From an uncultured bacterium (lineage in GTDB: Bacteria > Planctomycetota > UBA1135 > GCA-002686595), in contig CALSNU010000005.1 in NCBI GenBank assembly GCA_943787795.1, positions 128,001-192,000 of the forward strand: a DNA stretch of 64,000 nt, given 5' to 3'. Numbering within the stretch: position 1 is the first letter of the stretch; each line of letters begins with the position of its first letter. The position numbers and the translations under genes are program-made. Below the pieces are notes generated by a model. That model did no database searches. It had not been told where the DNA came from and worked only from the letters and a program-made list of their open reading frames with translations. Shown here piece after piece: positions 18,442 to 29,771 of this stretch.

Positions 18442-19476
18442 TCAGCCCATCCAGGGCGCCTCGTAGCGCAGCCCGAGGTTGAGGATCTTCTGGATCAGCT
18501 GCGGGTAGCTGTAGCCCAGCTGCTCGAAGCTCTCTGCGAAGTCCTCGCCGAAGCACAGGTCTGGGTTCGGGTTGGCCTCGAGGATCCAGACCTGACCCTC
18601 GCGGTCCATGCGCATGTCGATGCGGCTGTAGCCCGAGAGCCCGACGGCCCGGTGGATGCGGCGGGCCGTGCGGCGGATGCGCTCGGTGGTGGCGTCGTCG
18701 AGGCCCTCGGCGGGTCCCGTGCGCAGGCCGATCTTGCGCTGATACTCGGGGTCCCACTTCACGCGGCTGGTGGCGATGTTGGCGACCCCGGGGGAGAGGT
18801 CGTCCATGAACAGCTCCCAGATGGGGCTGATCTCCACGCGCTTGTTGCCGAGCACGCCGACGGTGAGCTCTCGGCCCTCGATGTACTCCTCGCAGAGCGC
18901 GCCGGTCCCCACGGTCTCGTGGATGTACGTCACCCGGGTCTGGAGCTGGTCGAGGTCGTGGACGATCGACGCCTGGCTGATCCCCGTGGAAGCATGTTCG
19001 CTCCGCGACTTGACGAAGAGCGGCCAGCGGAGGCCCTTGGGGAGCCGCGGTAGGCGCTTGCCGCGGGGCGCGACGAAGAAGCGTGGGGCGCGGATCCGAT
19101 GGTAGGCGAGGACCTTTTTGAAGAGGGCCTTGTCATTGGCAGCGAGCAGGCCGCGGGGATTGCAGCCGGTGTAGAGCTGCTTCATCAGCTCCAGCCACGA
19201 GACCACGGCCGAGTCGTAGATGCCGGCGTCGTGGAAGTGGGTGAGCAGATTGAAGGCCAGGTGCGGCTTGAGGTCCTTGAGCGCTCGGCGGATCGGCGCG
19301 AGCTCATCGACCACCGGAACGTGGATGACCTCGTGGCCGAGGGCCCTGAGGGTGGTGCAGACATCGAGCTCCTGCTTGATGTCGTTGAGCTCCCTCTCGC
19401 TCAGCCCCTCGACCGACGCTGGCGGCGCGAGGTGGGCGTGCATCAGGACGGCGACGCGGAGCTTGCGCTTGGTCAT
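18442..19476 (-). CDS. D-Ala-D-Ala ligase-like ATP-grasp enzyme (non-canonical)
   Basis: AFNL, YTGC, DKALFK, PLFVK..EHASTGI, EEYIEGRELTV, YSRIDMR, LEANPNP; lacks the N-terminal GGxSxEH motif of true Ddl; ATGA-coupled to the upstream peptidase. Confidence 0.85.
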   Translation of the reverse strand: MTKRKLRVAVLMHAHLAPPASVEGLSERELNDIKQELDVCTTLRALGHEVIHVPVVDELAPIRRALKDLKPHLAFNLLTHFHDAGIYDSAVVSWLELMKQLYTGCNPRGLLAANDKALFKKVLAYHRIRAPRFFVAPRGKRLPRLPKGLRWPLFVKSRSEHASTGISQASIVHDLDQLQTRVTYIHETVGTGALCEEYIEGRELTVGVLGNKRVEISPIWELFMDDLSPGVANIATSRVKWDPEYQRKIGLRTGPAEGLDDATTERIRRTARRIHRAVGLSGYSRIDMRMDREGQVWILEANPNPDLCFGEDFAESFEQLGYSYPQLIQKILNLGLRYEAPWMG

Positions 19477-20483
19477 CGGTGGTACCTGGGGTGACCCCCG
19501 AAGACGAACTGGGAAGAGAGGGAGGTGAGCAGGATCGCCGAATCCAGCAGGGCGTCTTGCTCGCCGCGCGGGAGCCGAAGGCCCTCCTCGCGGGCGCGCA
19601 GGGTCATCTCCCGGACGACGTGGTCCAGGAGGTATCGGTGCTGTCCGGTGGCGGCAGCGACCTGGCGCACGAGGCGCGCGCGGTGCTTGCGGAGGAACGG
19701 CGCCAGGCGCGGCGCGTTGGCCCGGGAGTCCTCCCCGCGGGGGAAGGAGTGGCGCAGCTGGCCGTTGAAGGCCGGGGTCCCCTCGCTGGCGTAGATCCCC
19801 TTCTTCTGGTCGTAGTACTCGCGGAGGGTCATGCGCACCCGCGCGAGCGGCTCCTCACGGCGGCGCGTGGTCCGGCGGGGGCCCGCTCGACCGACGCTGC
19901 CCATGAGCTCGTGCACGAACCTGAGCTTGTCCAGCGCTGCCCAGCCCTCGTAGCGCTTCCGCCAGCGGCTGCCGGGCCGGAGCCAGACGGCAAAGGTCTC
20001 CGCGAAGTCCTCCAGCGGATGGCTCTGGGCGTACCAGTAATCGAGGTGCTGGACGAAGGCGCGGCTGTTGGGGTCCGGGGTATACGAGCTGCGGTAGGGC
20101 TCGCCGGCGCGGCCGAAGACCTCGCGCCACCGGCGCATCCGCCTGAGGCCGTAGGCGTTGTCCAGGGCGTGGGCAGCCTCATGGCGCATGATCTTCATGC
20201 AGCCCTCGCGGGTCGCGCCCTCGACCTCGAGCATCTGCGTCCGCTCGAGCCGCACGAGCCGCGGGTGGGCGAGGTAGAAGGGGATCGCGAACCCCGTCGC
20301 GTCGTCAGGAGTGAACCACTCGGTGGAGAGCCAGGCGTAGGGCCGGAAGGAGATCGACCGCCGCGCGAGCTCCGCGTGGAGCTCCTCGAGCCGCGCCTGC
20401 AGGGGCGAGGTCTCCAGGGTCAGCCCGAGGTCCTTGATCGAAACGTCGAGGAGCTGGTCGTGGGGGAGGCGGGTCCAATCCAT
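19473..20483 (-). CDS. Putative zinc-binding metallopeptidase (Peptidase_Mx-like zincin)
   Basis: HExxH (HEAAH), YAQSHPLEDFAETF, EWFTPD..GFAIPFYLAHP; start MDWTRL at 20483 is approximate. Confidence 0.8.
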   Translation of the reverse strand: MDWTRLPHDQLLDVSIKDLGLTLETSPLQARLEELHAELARRSISFRPYAWLSTEWFTPDDATGFAIPFYLAHPRLVRLERTQMLEVEGATREGCMKIMRHEAAHALDNAYGLRRMRRWREVFGRAGEPYRSSYTPDPNSRAFVQHLDYWYAQSHPLEDFAETFAVWLRPGSRWRKRYEGWAALDKLRFVHELMGSVGRAGPRRTTRRREEPLARVRMTLREYYDQKKGIYASEGTPAFNGQLRHSFPRGEDSRANAPRLAPFLRKHRARLVRQVAAATGQHRYLLDHVVREMTLRAREEGLRLPRGEQDALLDSAILLTSLSSQFVFGGHPRYHR

Positions 20484-20577
20484 GGGGAAGGGCCCCGCGG
20501 AGCGAGTGCTCCGCGGGGCCCTTGAGCCTAATGCACGGCCACCGGACATCGCCAGCGGCCGGGCGAGGTCAGGCGAC

Positions 20578-22737
20578 CTACTTGAGGTCGAGGACGCCGG
20601 TGCCGTCCCCGCTCGTGAGGGTCTTGGTGTTGGCGAGGTAGTTCGAGCCCATGGTGAGCATCGTCCTCCAGGGGCGGGAGGTGCGATCACCGCAGAGCCC
20701 GAGGGCCACCACGGCGGTCTCGCGGACGGCGACAGAGTACTTGTCCTCCTTGTCCGTCACGATCTCGCAGAGGATCTCGACGCCGCGCTTGTCCCCGATG
20801 TACCCGAGGGCAGACACGGCCGCGATCTGGCGGGCGTCTCCGTCCTCTTCGTCGAGGGACGAGTTCAGGACCTCCAGCAGGGACTCCGCGACGCTCTCGT
20901 CGCCGAGCATGCCGAGGGCGAGCCCCGTGCGCGTCTGGAGCAACGGCTGCTCATCCGCGTCCACCAAGGTCTCCTGCAGCGACTCGATCGCCTCGCGCGC
21001 GCCGACCATGCCGAGGGACATGGCGACGTAGCCGCGGGCGTCCTCGTCACGGACCTTGTCGAGCTTCTTGAGCAGGCGCGGCGCCGCATCCGGCGTCCCG
21101 CGCAGGCCCATGGCGATCGAGTAGGCGCCCAGGTCCGCGACGCGCCTGGCGGAGCGCATGGAGGACAGGATGGCCGTGTCGACGCCCGAGTCCGGCTCGA
21201 CACCCTTGGCGCGGAGCTCGTGGCCCAGCACGCCGAGGGCGATGGCGGCCCAGGCCTTCTCCTTCTTCTTACCGGAGGAGAGCCCGCGGGTCAGGGTGTT
21301 GCGCACGTCGCCGATGCCGGCGTAGGGCTCATCGCCCTGGCCAGCGTGACCGCCGACCTCCGCGAGGGAGATCATGGCGAAGCGACGCTCCATGTCACCG
21401 CCGCCCTTCATCGAGCGACGGAGGGCCCAGCGGATCCACTTGTCCGTGTTGTCGTTGTCCGCGTCCCCGATGAGCCCGAGGGCGAGGGTGGCGCTCTCAC
21501 GCACCTGACGAGGCTGACGGGCAGACTTCTCGAGGGCGCGCACGAGGACCTCGGAGACGCCCTCCTTCATCCGCTCGGTCATCCCATCCGGACGGGCCGC
21601 GACGAGGCGACCGAGGGTGGTCGCCGTGTGGGCACGCAGGATCGGGTCGAACTCCTCGTCCGCCGTGAAGTACCTCATGAGGTACGTCACCTGCGGGCGC
21701 AGGGAGGTGTGGGGGTCGGGGACGACGCAGGTACCGCAGTAGCAGGCCACCACGTCCTCATCGACCTGAAGGGGCACCAGGCCCAGGGAGATCATCGCTG
21801 CCACGCGGGCATCGTTGGCGTCCGAGGCGTCGTTCTCGAGGATGTCGATCAGCGTCCGGACGACCTGGGACCGGACCGCCTGGTCCGTGCTCCTCGAGCC
21901 GATCATGCCGAGCCCGTACGCCGCGTAGGAGCGCATGGACATCGGGACGCGGGCGGTGGGGTGCTCACCCTCTGGGGAGATGAGCTTGCATCCCTCCTTG
22001 GTGTTGAGGGCGATCTCCCGGAGCATGTCGACGCGTGACGCGTTACCCGTCAGGCCGAGCACGAAGGCCGCCGTCGTGTGCATCTCCTCGGTGCCGTTCG
22101 CGAGGAACCAGTTGGTCACCCAGTCGAACTTGCCCTGGTTCTGACCGCCGACTCGCGTCATGGCGATGAGCGCCGACTGGCAGAACTCGTTGGAGCCGCC
22201 CTTCTCGAGGCCCTTGAGGAGGGCGTCGGAGAGGATCCCGTCGATGACGCGGTCCTGGGCGCGACCGCCCACGGTCTCCTGCTCGCGCTGGCCGCTACCG
22301 AGGTAGAAGTCATCGCTGCCCGTGAAGGCGCGGCCCGTCTGGATGTTCGAGAAGCGGAGGAAGCGGTCCTTGTTGAAGGACCACCACAGCTGCCAGTCGC
22401 TGCTGTCCTCGATTCGCCCGTAGCGGTCGATATCGTAGGGGTCCTGGCCAGGCATCACCGGCAGTCCGCCGAGCGGAATCTCCGGGAGGCCCATGGGAGG
22501 GGGAGACTGGGGTCCAGCGACTTGAGGGCCGGCGCCGCCGCCAGCAGGTCCACTCGCGGGGCCAGGTCCGCCGGCGCCTCCGCCAGCGGGACGCGGTGCG
22601 TCAGCAGGTCGAGCGCCCCCACCGGGGGCGCGGGCTCCACCGCCTCATCATTGGAAGGCGAAGGTCCAGTCGGCGCATCCGATGGCGCCTCCAAGGACCA
22701 CGGCCGTGCGTGCGAGCAGGACGTTGAACGAAGTCAT
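20578..22737 (-). CDS. Exported HEAT-repeat protein, 719 aa if two adjacent in-frame TGA codons (codons 30-31) are decoded; putative selenoprotein
   Basis: SD-like AGGGAG, ATG 22737, signal-peptide-like segment, CAA TGA TGA, Gly/Pro-rich linker in frame with ORF 20578..22494 (WQLWWSFNK, repeated AxxALGxxG helical repeats). The core ORF is secure; the N-terminal extension is inferred. Confidence 0.75.
22613..22631 (-). promoter_or_regulatory. Putative bacterial SECIS hairpin downstream of UGA UGA
   Basis: mRNA GCGCCCCC-GGU-GGGGGCGC, perfect 8-bp stem; loop begins 21 nt after the second UGA; GGUG apex as in the selD SECIS. Confidence 0.6.
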
Positions 22738-23051
22738 GGGGTCTCTCCCTGTGAGGGGGTGGAATCGAGGAGCTAGCGCTTGGCTGCGTCGCGGCGGCGC
22801 ACTCCACGTCTCAAGGATACGAGTCTGAGGGGATCCAATCGAGGCAATGAGTGGATTCGACGCCCCTGCCTTTGGGAAGCGCCACGCGACCAGACTGTTG
22901 CGGGGAAAAAGTGGTTTCTGACCCGTTCCGGGGCGGAAAGGGGGGCGCTGCGGGTCTACCATGCGGCCTGCCGCGGGACGGGCCCTTTCGTCCGCCGCGT
23001 GGCTTGCCCGAAATGCTTCGCTGCGTGGCTCGTTCTGAGCACGCGCGGAGG

Positions 23052-24776
<1,725 letters not shown>

Positions 24777-24796
24777 CCTCTACGGTGACCCTATGC

Positions 24797-24830
24797 GGGC
24801 CCGCGCCACCTTCTCGGGGGGCGCGGGCCC
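24797..24830 (+). terminator. GC-rich hairpin after thiC (putative terminator)
   Basis: GGGCCCGCGCC...GGCGCGGGCCC 11-bp inverted repeat; weak U-tail. Confidence 0.55.
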
Positions 24831-24943
24831 CGTCGTTTAGCCAGGGCTAGCGCTGCGATCAGCGCAAGGGGGCTGTGACCGAGGCGGGCTGGCCGATGAG
24901 ATGGTGGTCGACCGTCATCCCCTAGGATGCACGTCGCCCGCCT

Positions 24944-27900
24944 ATGCTCATCCTCCTCAAGAGTCGCTCCTTCGGATCCCTCGTCCTCTCCCAGTTCCTG
25001 GGGGCGTTCAACGACAACGCCTTCAAGCAGCTGATCCTGCTGCTCACGGTGGGGGCCGCGACCACGGGTGCGATCCCGTGGGTCCAGGAGAGCGGCTTCG
25101 CCGTGGACGCCAGCGGCGTCAACCGCCAGGAGCTGCCCGCCACGCTCTTCGCCCTCCCGTTCGTCGTCCTGTGTCTGGTCACGGGCGCACTCGCGGACCG
25201 CTACTCGAAGTCCTCGATCATCAAGGTCGCCAACGTCCTCGAGGTCGTGGTGATGGGGCTCGGCCTGCTGGCGATCTACCTCGAGAGCTACCTCGGGCTG
25301 CTGCTGGTGGTGGGGTGCATGGGGGCCCAGAGCGCGCTCTTCGGACCGTCGAAGTACGGCATCCTCAAGGAGCTGCTGGACGAGCGGGACATGTCGCGCG
25401 CGAACGCGCTTATCCAGACGACCACGACCGTCGCCATCCTCGGGGGCGTCGTCGTGGCCGGCGAGCTGCTCGACCACTTCCCGGACAGGCTCTGGCTCCC
25501 GGGGCTCGCCTACATCGTGATCGCACTCGGCGGGCTCGTGGCCTCCCTCGCGATCCGGCATGAGCCGGCGCGGGTGCCCGATCGAGAGATCCCCTGGAAC
25601 CTGCCCGCGGAGTTCATTCGCCACTGGCGATCGCTCCGTGGCCACCCGACCCTCGCGGTCTCGATCGCGGGCAGCGCCTTCTATTACTTCGTCGCCGCGC
25701 TCCTGGTCCTCGTGGTCAACGAGTACGGCCTCATCGAGCTTGGCCTCTCGAGCGCCGCGACGTCCAGGCTCATGCTGCCCGTCATCATCGGGATCGGAGT
25801 CGGCGCGGTGGTTGGCGGCAAGCTGTCGGGCGACCGCGTCGAGGGAGGGCTGGTCCCCCTGGGCCTCTTCGGGATGACCGGGGCGCTGCTGGCGATTCAG
25901 ATCGCGCCGGCCAACGTGAACTGGGTCCAGGCGTGCCTCGGCTTCCTGGGGCTCTCCTCGGGGGTCTTCTCCCTGCCCATCCGGACCCTCGTTCAGGTGC
26001 TGCCCCCCGAGGAGAACCGAGGCTCGGTGCTCGGCTTCAGCCAGGTGCTGGACTTCACCGGCATCCTCCTCGCCGCTCCGTTCCTGATGCTCCTCAAGGG
26101 GATGTCCCTCTCGCCGCCGGAGATGATGATCGCCATCGCGGTCCTGATCCTGCTGGGCTTCGCCGTCTCCCTGCGCTTCGCCGCTCACTTCACGGTGCGC
26201 CTCGTGGCCTGGATCTTCGCTCACACGGTCTACCGGACGCGCCTGCTCGGCGCTGAGCATTTGCCCAAGTCGGGCGGCGCCCTGCTCGTGGCGAACCACG
26301 TGTCCTTCGTGGACGCGGTGCTCGTCGCCGCGAGCTCCGACCGGCCCGTGCGCTTCCTGATGTACCGCGGCTTCTTCAAGGTGCCCTTGCTCGGGTGGTT
26401 CGCCAGGAAGATGGAGGCCATCCCGGTCAGCAGCCAGGACTCGAAGTCCGAGAAGGTGGCGGCCCTCTCGGCGGCGGCCGATGCGGCGGCGAGGGGAGAG
26501 CTCGTGTGCATCTTCGCGGAGGGGGGGCTGACCCGGTCGGGGCACCTGATGTCCTTCGCTGCCGGCCTCGAGCGCATCGCCCGGGAGGCCCGGGTCCCGA
26601 TCCTGCCGGTCGCGCTCGACCGGCTGTGGGGGAGCATCTTCAGCCACGAGGGCGGGAAGGTGTTCTGGAAGCTCCCGCGCCGCCTGCCCTTCAAGGTGGA
26701 CGTCTCCATCGGCGCGCCGATGAGCCCGGACGCGTCCGCCTTCCAGGTGCGTCAGCGCATCGCCGAGCAGGTGGCAGAGGTCCGCACCGAGCGGCAAGGG
26801 CGGCGCGGCTCCCTCGCCTGGCGCTTCTTGAAGGAGGCGCGCGCGAACGCCGGACGCCCGGCCGTGCTTGACAGCACGGGCGCAGATCTCAACTACCGCA
26901 AGCTGATGGTGGGGGCGCTTTGCATGCGCGAGGTGCTCCGGCCGCACCTCGGAGAGGCGCGCTCGGTGGCGGTGCTCATGCCGCCCGGCGCTGGAGGCGC
27001 CCTCGTCAACCTCGCCCTCGCCCTCGATGGTCGGACCTCGGTCAACCTGAACTACACGATGTCCAACGGGGACCTCGCCGCGATGTGCGAGACGGCGGGC
27101 GCCGAGCACGTCATCACGGCTCGGCGCTTCCTGTCTGGCCTGGATCGGCCCTCTCCCCTCGGAGATGAGCAGACGATCCTGCTCGAGAATATCCGCGGAG
27201 GCATCACGACGGGGATGAAGCTCCGGTACCTGGCGCTGTCCTTCCTCCCGGGCGTTGCCCTGGCGAACATGCTGGCTCCGCGGCGCCGAGGCGGCGTGCC
27301 GGAGTCCGAGGAGGTGGCGACGGTCATCTTCTCCAGCGGCAGCACCGGGGTCCCCAAGGGCGTCATGCTGACCCACTCCAATATCCTCTCCAACGTCCAG
27401 TCGGTCCTCGAGGTCATCGCGCTCGGGCCCGGGGACGGGGTGCTCGGGATCCTGCCGTTCTTCCATAGCTTCGGGTACACGGTCAGCCTCTGGGCGACGT
27501 TCCTCTCCGGCGCGCGGGGCGTGTACCACGTGAACCCGCTGGAGGCGAAGGTCGTGGGGGAGCTCTCGCAGAAGGGCGGCGTCACTATCACGATCGCGAC
27601 GCCGACCTTCTATCAGTCCTACCTCCGTCGCTGCACCAAGGAGCAGTTCGCGGGGATCCGTGTCGCCCTCTCGGGCGCGCAAAAGCTGAACCAGGGGCTC
27701 GCAGACGCGTGGAAGGAGAAGTTCGGCTCGGAGCTCATGGAGGGCTACGGCTGTACGGAGGCGGCGCCTGTGGTCTCGGCGAACCTCCCCGGGGGCGCCG
27801 ACCGGCCCCCGCGCCAGCGAGGTCACCGTCAGGGGTCGATCGGACGACCGCTTCCTGGCGTCGCCGTGAAGATCGTGGACCCTGACGTCTACCCCGCCGA

Positions 27901-28447
27901 GGTCATCGAGCGCGAGGCGGGAGATGCCGGCCTCATCCTTGTGAAGGGGCCGAACGTGATGAAGGGCTACATGGGCATGCCGGAGAAGACGGCCGAGGTC
28001 CTCCGCGACGGCTGGTACACCACGGGAGACATCGGCTACATCGATCGGGACGGCTTCCTCTTCATCACCGATCGGCTCTCGCGCTTCAGCAAGATCGGCG
28101 GAGAGATGGTGCCCCACGGGCGGGTGGAGGAGGTCATCGGTGACCTCATGTTCGAGCTGCTCGGGCCGAGCAGTGAGGAGGCCGAGGAGGACGGGGTTGT
28201 CCCCGAACTAGCTGTGACGGCCGTTGAGCATGCGACCAAGGGAGAGCGCCTCATCGTGCTGCACACGCCGATGCCGTTTGACATGGATGAGCTGAAGGGG
28301 CGCCTCTCCGATAGCGACCTGCCTGCCCTGTTCCGGCCCGCGCCGAACGCCTGGGTCGAGGTGGCGGAGCTCCCCAAGCTGGGGACCGGCAAGCTCGACC
28401 TGCGGGGCCTCTCCGAGCTGGCGCGAGAGCTCGTCGCGTCCCAGTGA
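24944..28447 (+). CDS. MFS (LplT-like) / acyltransferase / acyl-ACP synthetase fusion (Aas-type)
   Basis: QFLGAFNDNAFK and FGPSKYG (LplT-like MFS), NHVSFVD and FAEG (PlsC), FSSGSTGVPKG, EGYGCTE, WYTTGD, SRFSKIGGEMV (AMP-binding). Confidence 0.93.
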   Translation: MLILLKSRSFGSLVLSQFLGAFNDNAFKQLILLLTVGAATTGAIPWVQESGFAVDASGVNRQELPATLFALPFVVLCLVTGALADRYSKSSIIKVANVLEVVVMGLGLLAIYLESYLGLLLVVGCMGAQSALFGPSKYGILKELLDERDMSRANALIQTTTTVAILGGVVVAGELLDHFPDRLWLPGLAYIVIALGGLVASLAIRHEPARVPDREIPWNLPAEFIRHWRSLRGHPTLAVSIAGSAFYYFVAALLVLVVNEYGLIELGLSSAATSRLMLPVIIGIGVGAVVGGKLSGDRVEGGLVPLGLFGMTGALLAIQIAPANVNWVQACLGFLGLSSGVFSLPIRTLVQVLPPEENRGSVLGFSQVLDFTGILLAAPFLMLLKGMSLSPPEMMIAIAVLILLGFAVSLRFAAHFTVRLVAWIFAHTVYRTRLLGAEHLPKSGGALLVANHVSFVDAVLVAASSDRPVRFLMYRGFFKVPLLGWFARKMEAIPVSSQDSKSEKVAALSAAADAAARGELVCIFAEGGLTRSGHLMSFAAGLERIAREARVPILPVALDRLWGSIFSHEGGKVFWKLPRRLPFKVDVSIGAPMSPDASAFQVRQRIAEQVAEVRTERQGRRGSLAWRFLKEARANAGRPAVLDSTGADLNYRKLMVGALCMREVLRPHLGEARSVAVLMPPGAGGALVNLALALDGRTSVNLNYTMSNGDLAAMCETAGAEHVITARRFLSGLDRPSPLGDEQTILLENIRGGITTGMKLRYLALSFLPGVALANMLAPRRRGGVPESEEVATVIFSSGSTGVPKGVMLTHSNILSNVQSVLEVIALGPGDGVLGILPFFHSFGYTVSLWATFLSGARGVYHVNPLEAKVVGELSQKGGVTITIATPTFYQSYLRRCTKEQFAGIRVALSGAQKLNQGLADAWKEKFGSELMEGYGCTEAAPVVSANLPGGADRPPRQRGHRQGSIGRPLPGVAVKIVDPDVYPAEVIEREAGDAGLILVKGPNVMKGYMGMPEKTAEVLRDGWYTTGDIGYIDRDGFLFITDRLSRFSKIGGEMVPHGRVEEVIGDLMFELLGPSSEEAEEDGVVPELAVTAVEHATKGERLIVLHTPMPFDMDELKGRLSDSDLPALFRPAPNAWVEVAELPKLGTGKLDLRGLSELARELVASQ

Positions 28448-28557
28448 GAGGGCCCAACGGGAGAATCCAGCGCGAGAATCCAGTGGGAGGACCCGGTGAG
28501 GGGGGCGTCGACCGGAGCCTGCCGGGGTCGGGCTCGAACTCCCCCCTCGGGAGGTGA

Positions 28558-29574
28558 TCAGAGCACGGAGAGCGTGGCCTTGTAGGTGAGCGCCGCCGAG
28601 AGCTCTGCGGCGAGCTGGGTGTCGACGTCCATCTTCAACCGCGCGGCGACCTCACCCTCGAGCTCGATCTCGACCAGCTGTCCCGCGGCGAGATCGAACC
28701 GGCCCACACCCTTGAAGCTGATCTCGCCGTCGAGGCTTCCGGTCGACCCTTTCGGCGTCTCCGCGTCGCCACCGGCGGCCTCCTCGACCATGTCCACGAG
28801 ATCGTCGACCTTGAACGAGCCTTCCATGGCGTAGTCGATGATGGCGACACCCTCTGACACCTCGCGGAGAGTGCCCTGCCCCTCGAGCTCCACCTCGTCA
28901 AGGATCCAGCGCGCCCCGACCGAGATCGCGGGTCCCTCCATCTCCTCCCAGCCGTCGAGCGCCGCGGCGCACTGCGCCACGAGGTCCATCGTGCGCCCCG
29001 CGTACTCGCTGGCGTCGAGCTCGAAGGAGTCGCCGACCAGGACGGGCGCGTCGGGGAGCAGGTCAGCGAACGGTGCCGAGAGGGTGAGGCTCCTCGTGAG
29101 CTCTTCCTCAAGGTCGTCGCCGAAGAGGTCCTCGTCGGAGAGGTCCTCGACCTGGACCTCGCCGTCCTCGTTCGAGGTCAGGAGATAGCTGCGATCGTTC
29201 AGCGGGAGATCGAAGGCCTCGTTCATCTCCTTCGTGCGCGGTCCTTGCTCGGAGGTGATGTCCGCCTCCATGGTCTGCCCGGCGAAGTCCACGCGCTTGC
29301 TCTGGGCTCCCCCGCCTTCGGCGGTGAGGACCTCTTCGGTCCGTGAGGTCTCGGTCGAGAACAGCATCTCCAATCCAATGCCAACGCCCCCGACCTCCAC
29401 GCCATCGATGAGCACGGAGAGCTCGTCGAGCACGCCCTCAAGCCTGCCCTCCGAGGAGATCTCCAGGCGCTGGTCGGCGAGGACCTTCGGGCTCAGGCTC
29501 ACGGGGTCTTCGGCGGATCCGCTGGCGGCGGACATCGCGAGGAGGCAGGTGGCGGCGGCGAGCGGGAGTCTCAT
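28558..29574 (-). CDS. Secreted acidic hypothetical protein (paralog B)
   Basis: Signal peptide MRLPLAAATCLLAMSAASGSA; colinear similarity to the neighbouring ORF. Confidence 0.8.
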   Translation of the reverse strand: MRLPLAAATCLLAMSAASGSAEDPVSLSPKVLADQRLEISSEGRLEGVLDELSVLIDGVEVGGVGIGLEMLFSTETSRTEEVLTAEGGGAQSKRVDFAGQTMEADITSEQGPRTKEMNEAFDLPLNDRSYLLTSNEDGEVQVEDLSDEDLFGDDLEEELTRSLTLSAPFADLLPDAPVLVGDSFELDASEYAGRTMDLVAQCAAALDGWEEMEGPAISVGARWILDEVELEGQGTLREVSEGVAIIDYAMEGSFKVDDLVDMVEEAAGGDAETPKGSTGSLDGEISFKGVGRFDLAAGQLVEIELEGEVAARLKMDVDTQLAAELSAALTYKATLSVL

Positions 29575-29771
29575 GGTGGTTCCTCGCAGAGGTGGGGAAG
29601 AGGCGGCACCATCGCCACCTGCGGGTCCATTCACGCACTCCGCTGGGACTCATTACATGGGATCCCAGAAAACTTGGCACCTATGACCGCGGGGCGGCCG
29701 TGGAGCGATTCCACAGCCGCCCCGCGGGGCCCAGGGCGGCTCGACTCGAGCCTCCCTTCTGGAGTCTCAGG

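Noticed and set aside
18442..19476. Calling the ATP-grasp gene ddl, the missing dcw member
   Set aside because: Lacks the N-terminal GGxSxEH motif and the typical omega-loop YxxKY, and is coupled to a peptidase; Ddl activity cannot be excluded but is unsupported.
22645..22650. TGA reassigned genome-wide to Trp or Gly (alternative genetic code)
   Set aside because: Many conserved genes here (murE, mraY, thrS, thiC) end at TGA exactly where the family ends, often in ATGA/GTGA overlaps.
29674..29690. Sigma-54 promoter (TTGGCAC)
   Set aside because: No TTGC -12 element at the required spacing, and it faces away from the adjacent gene start.
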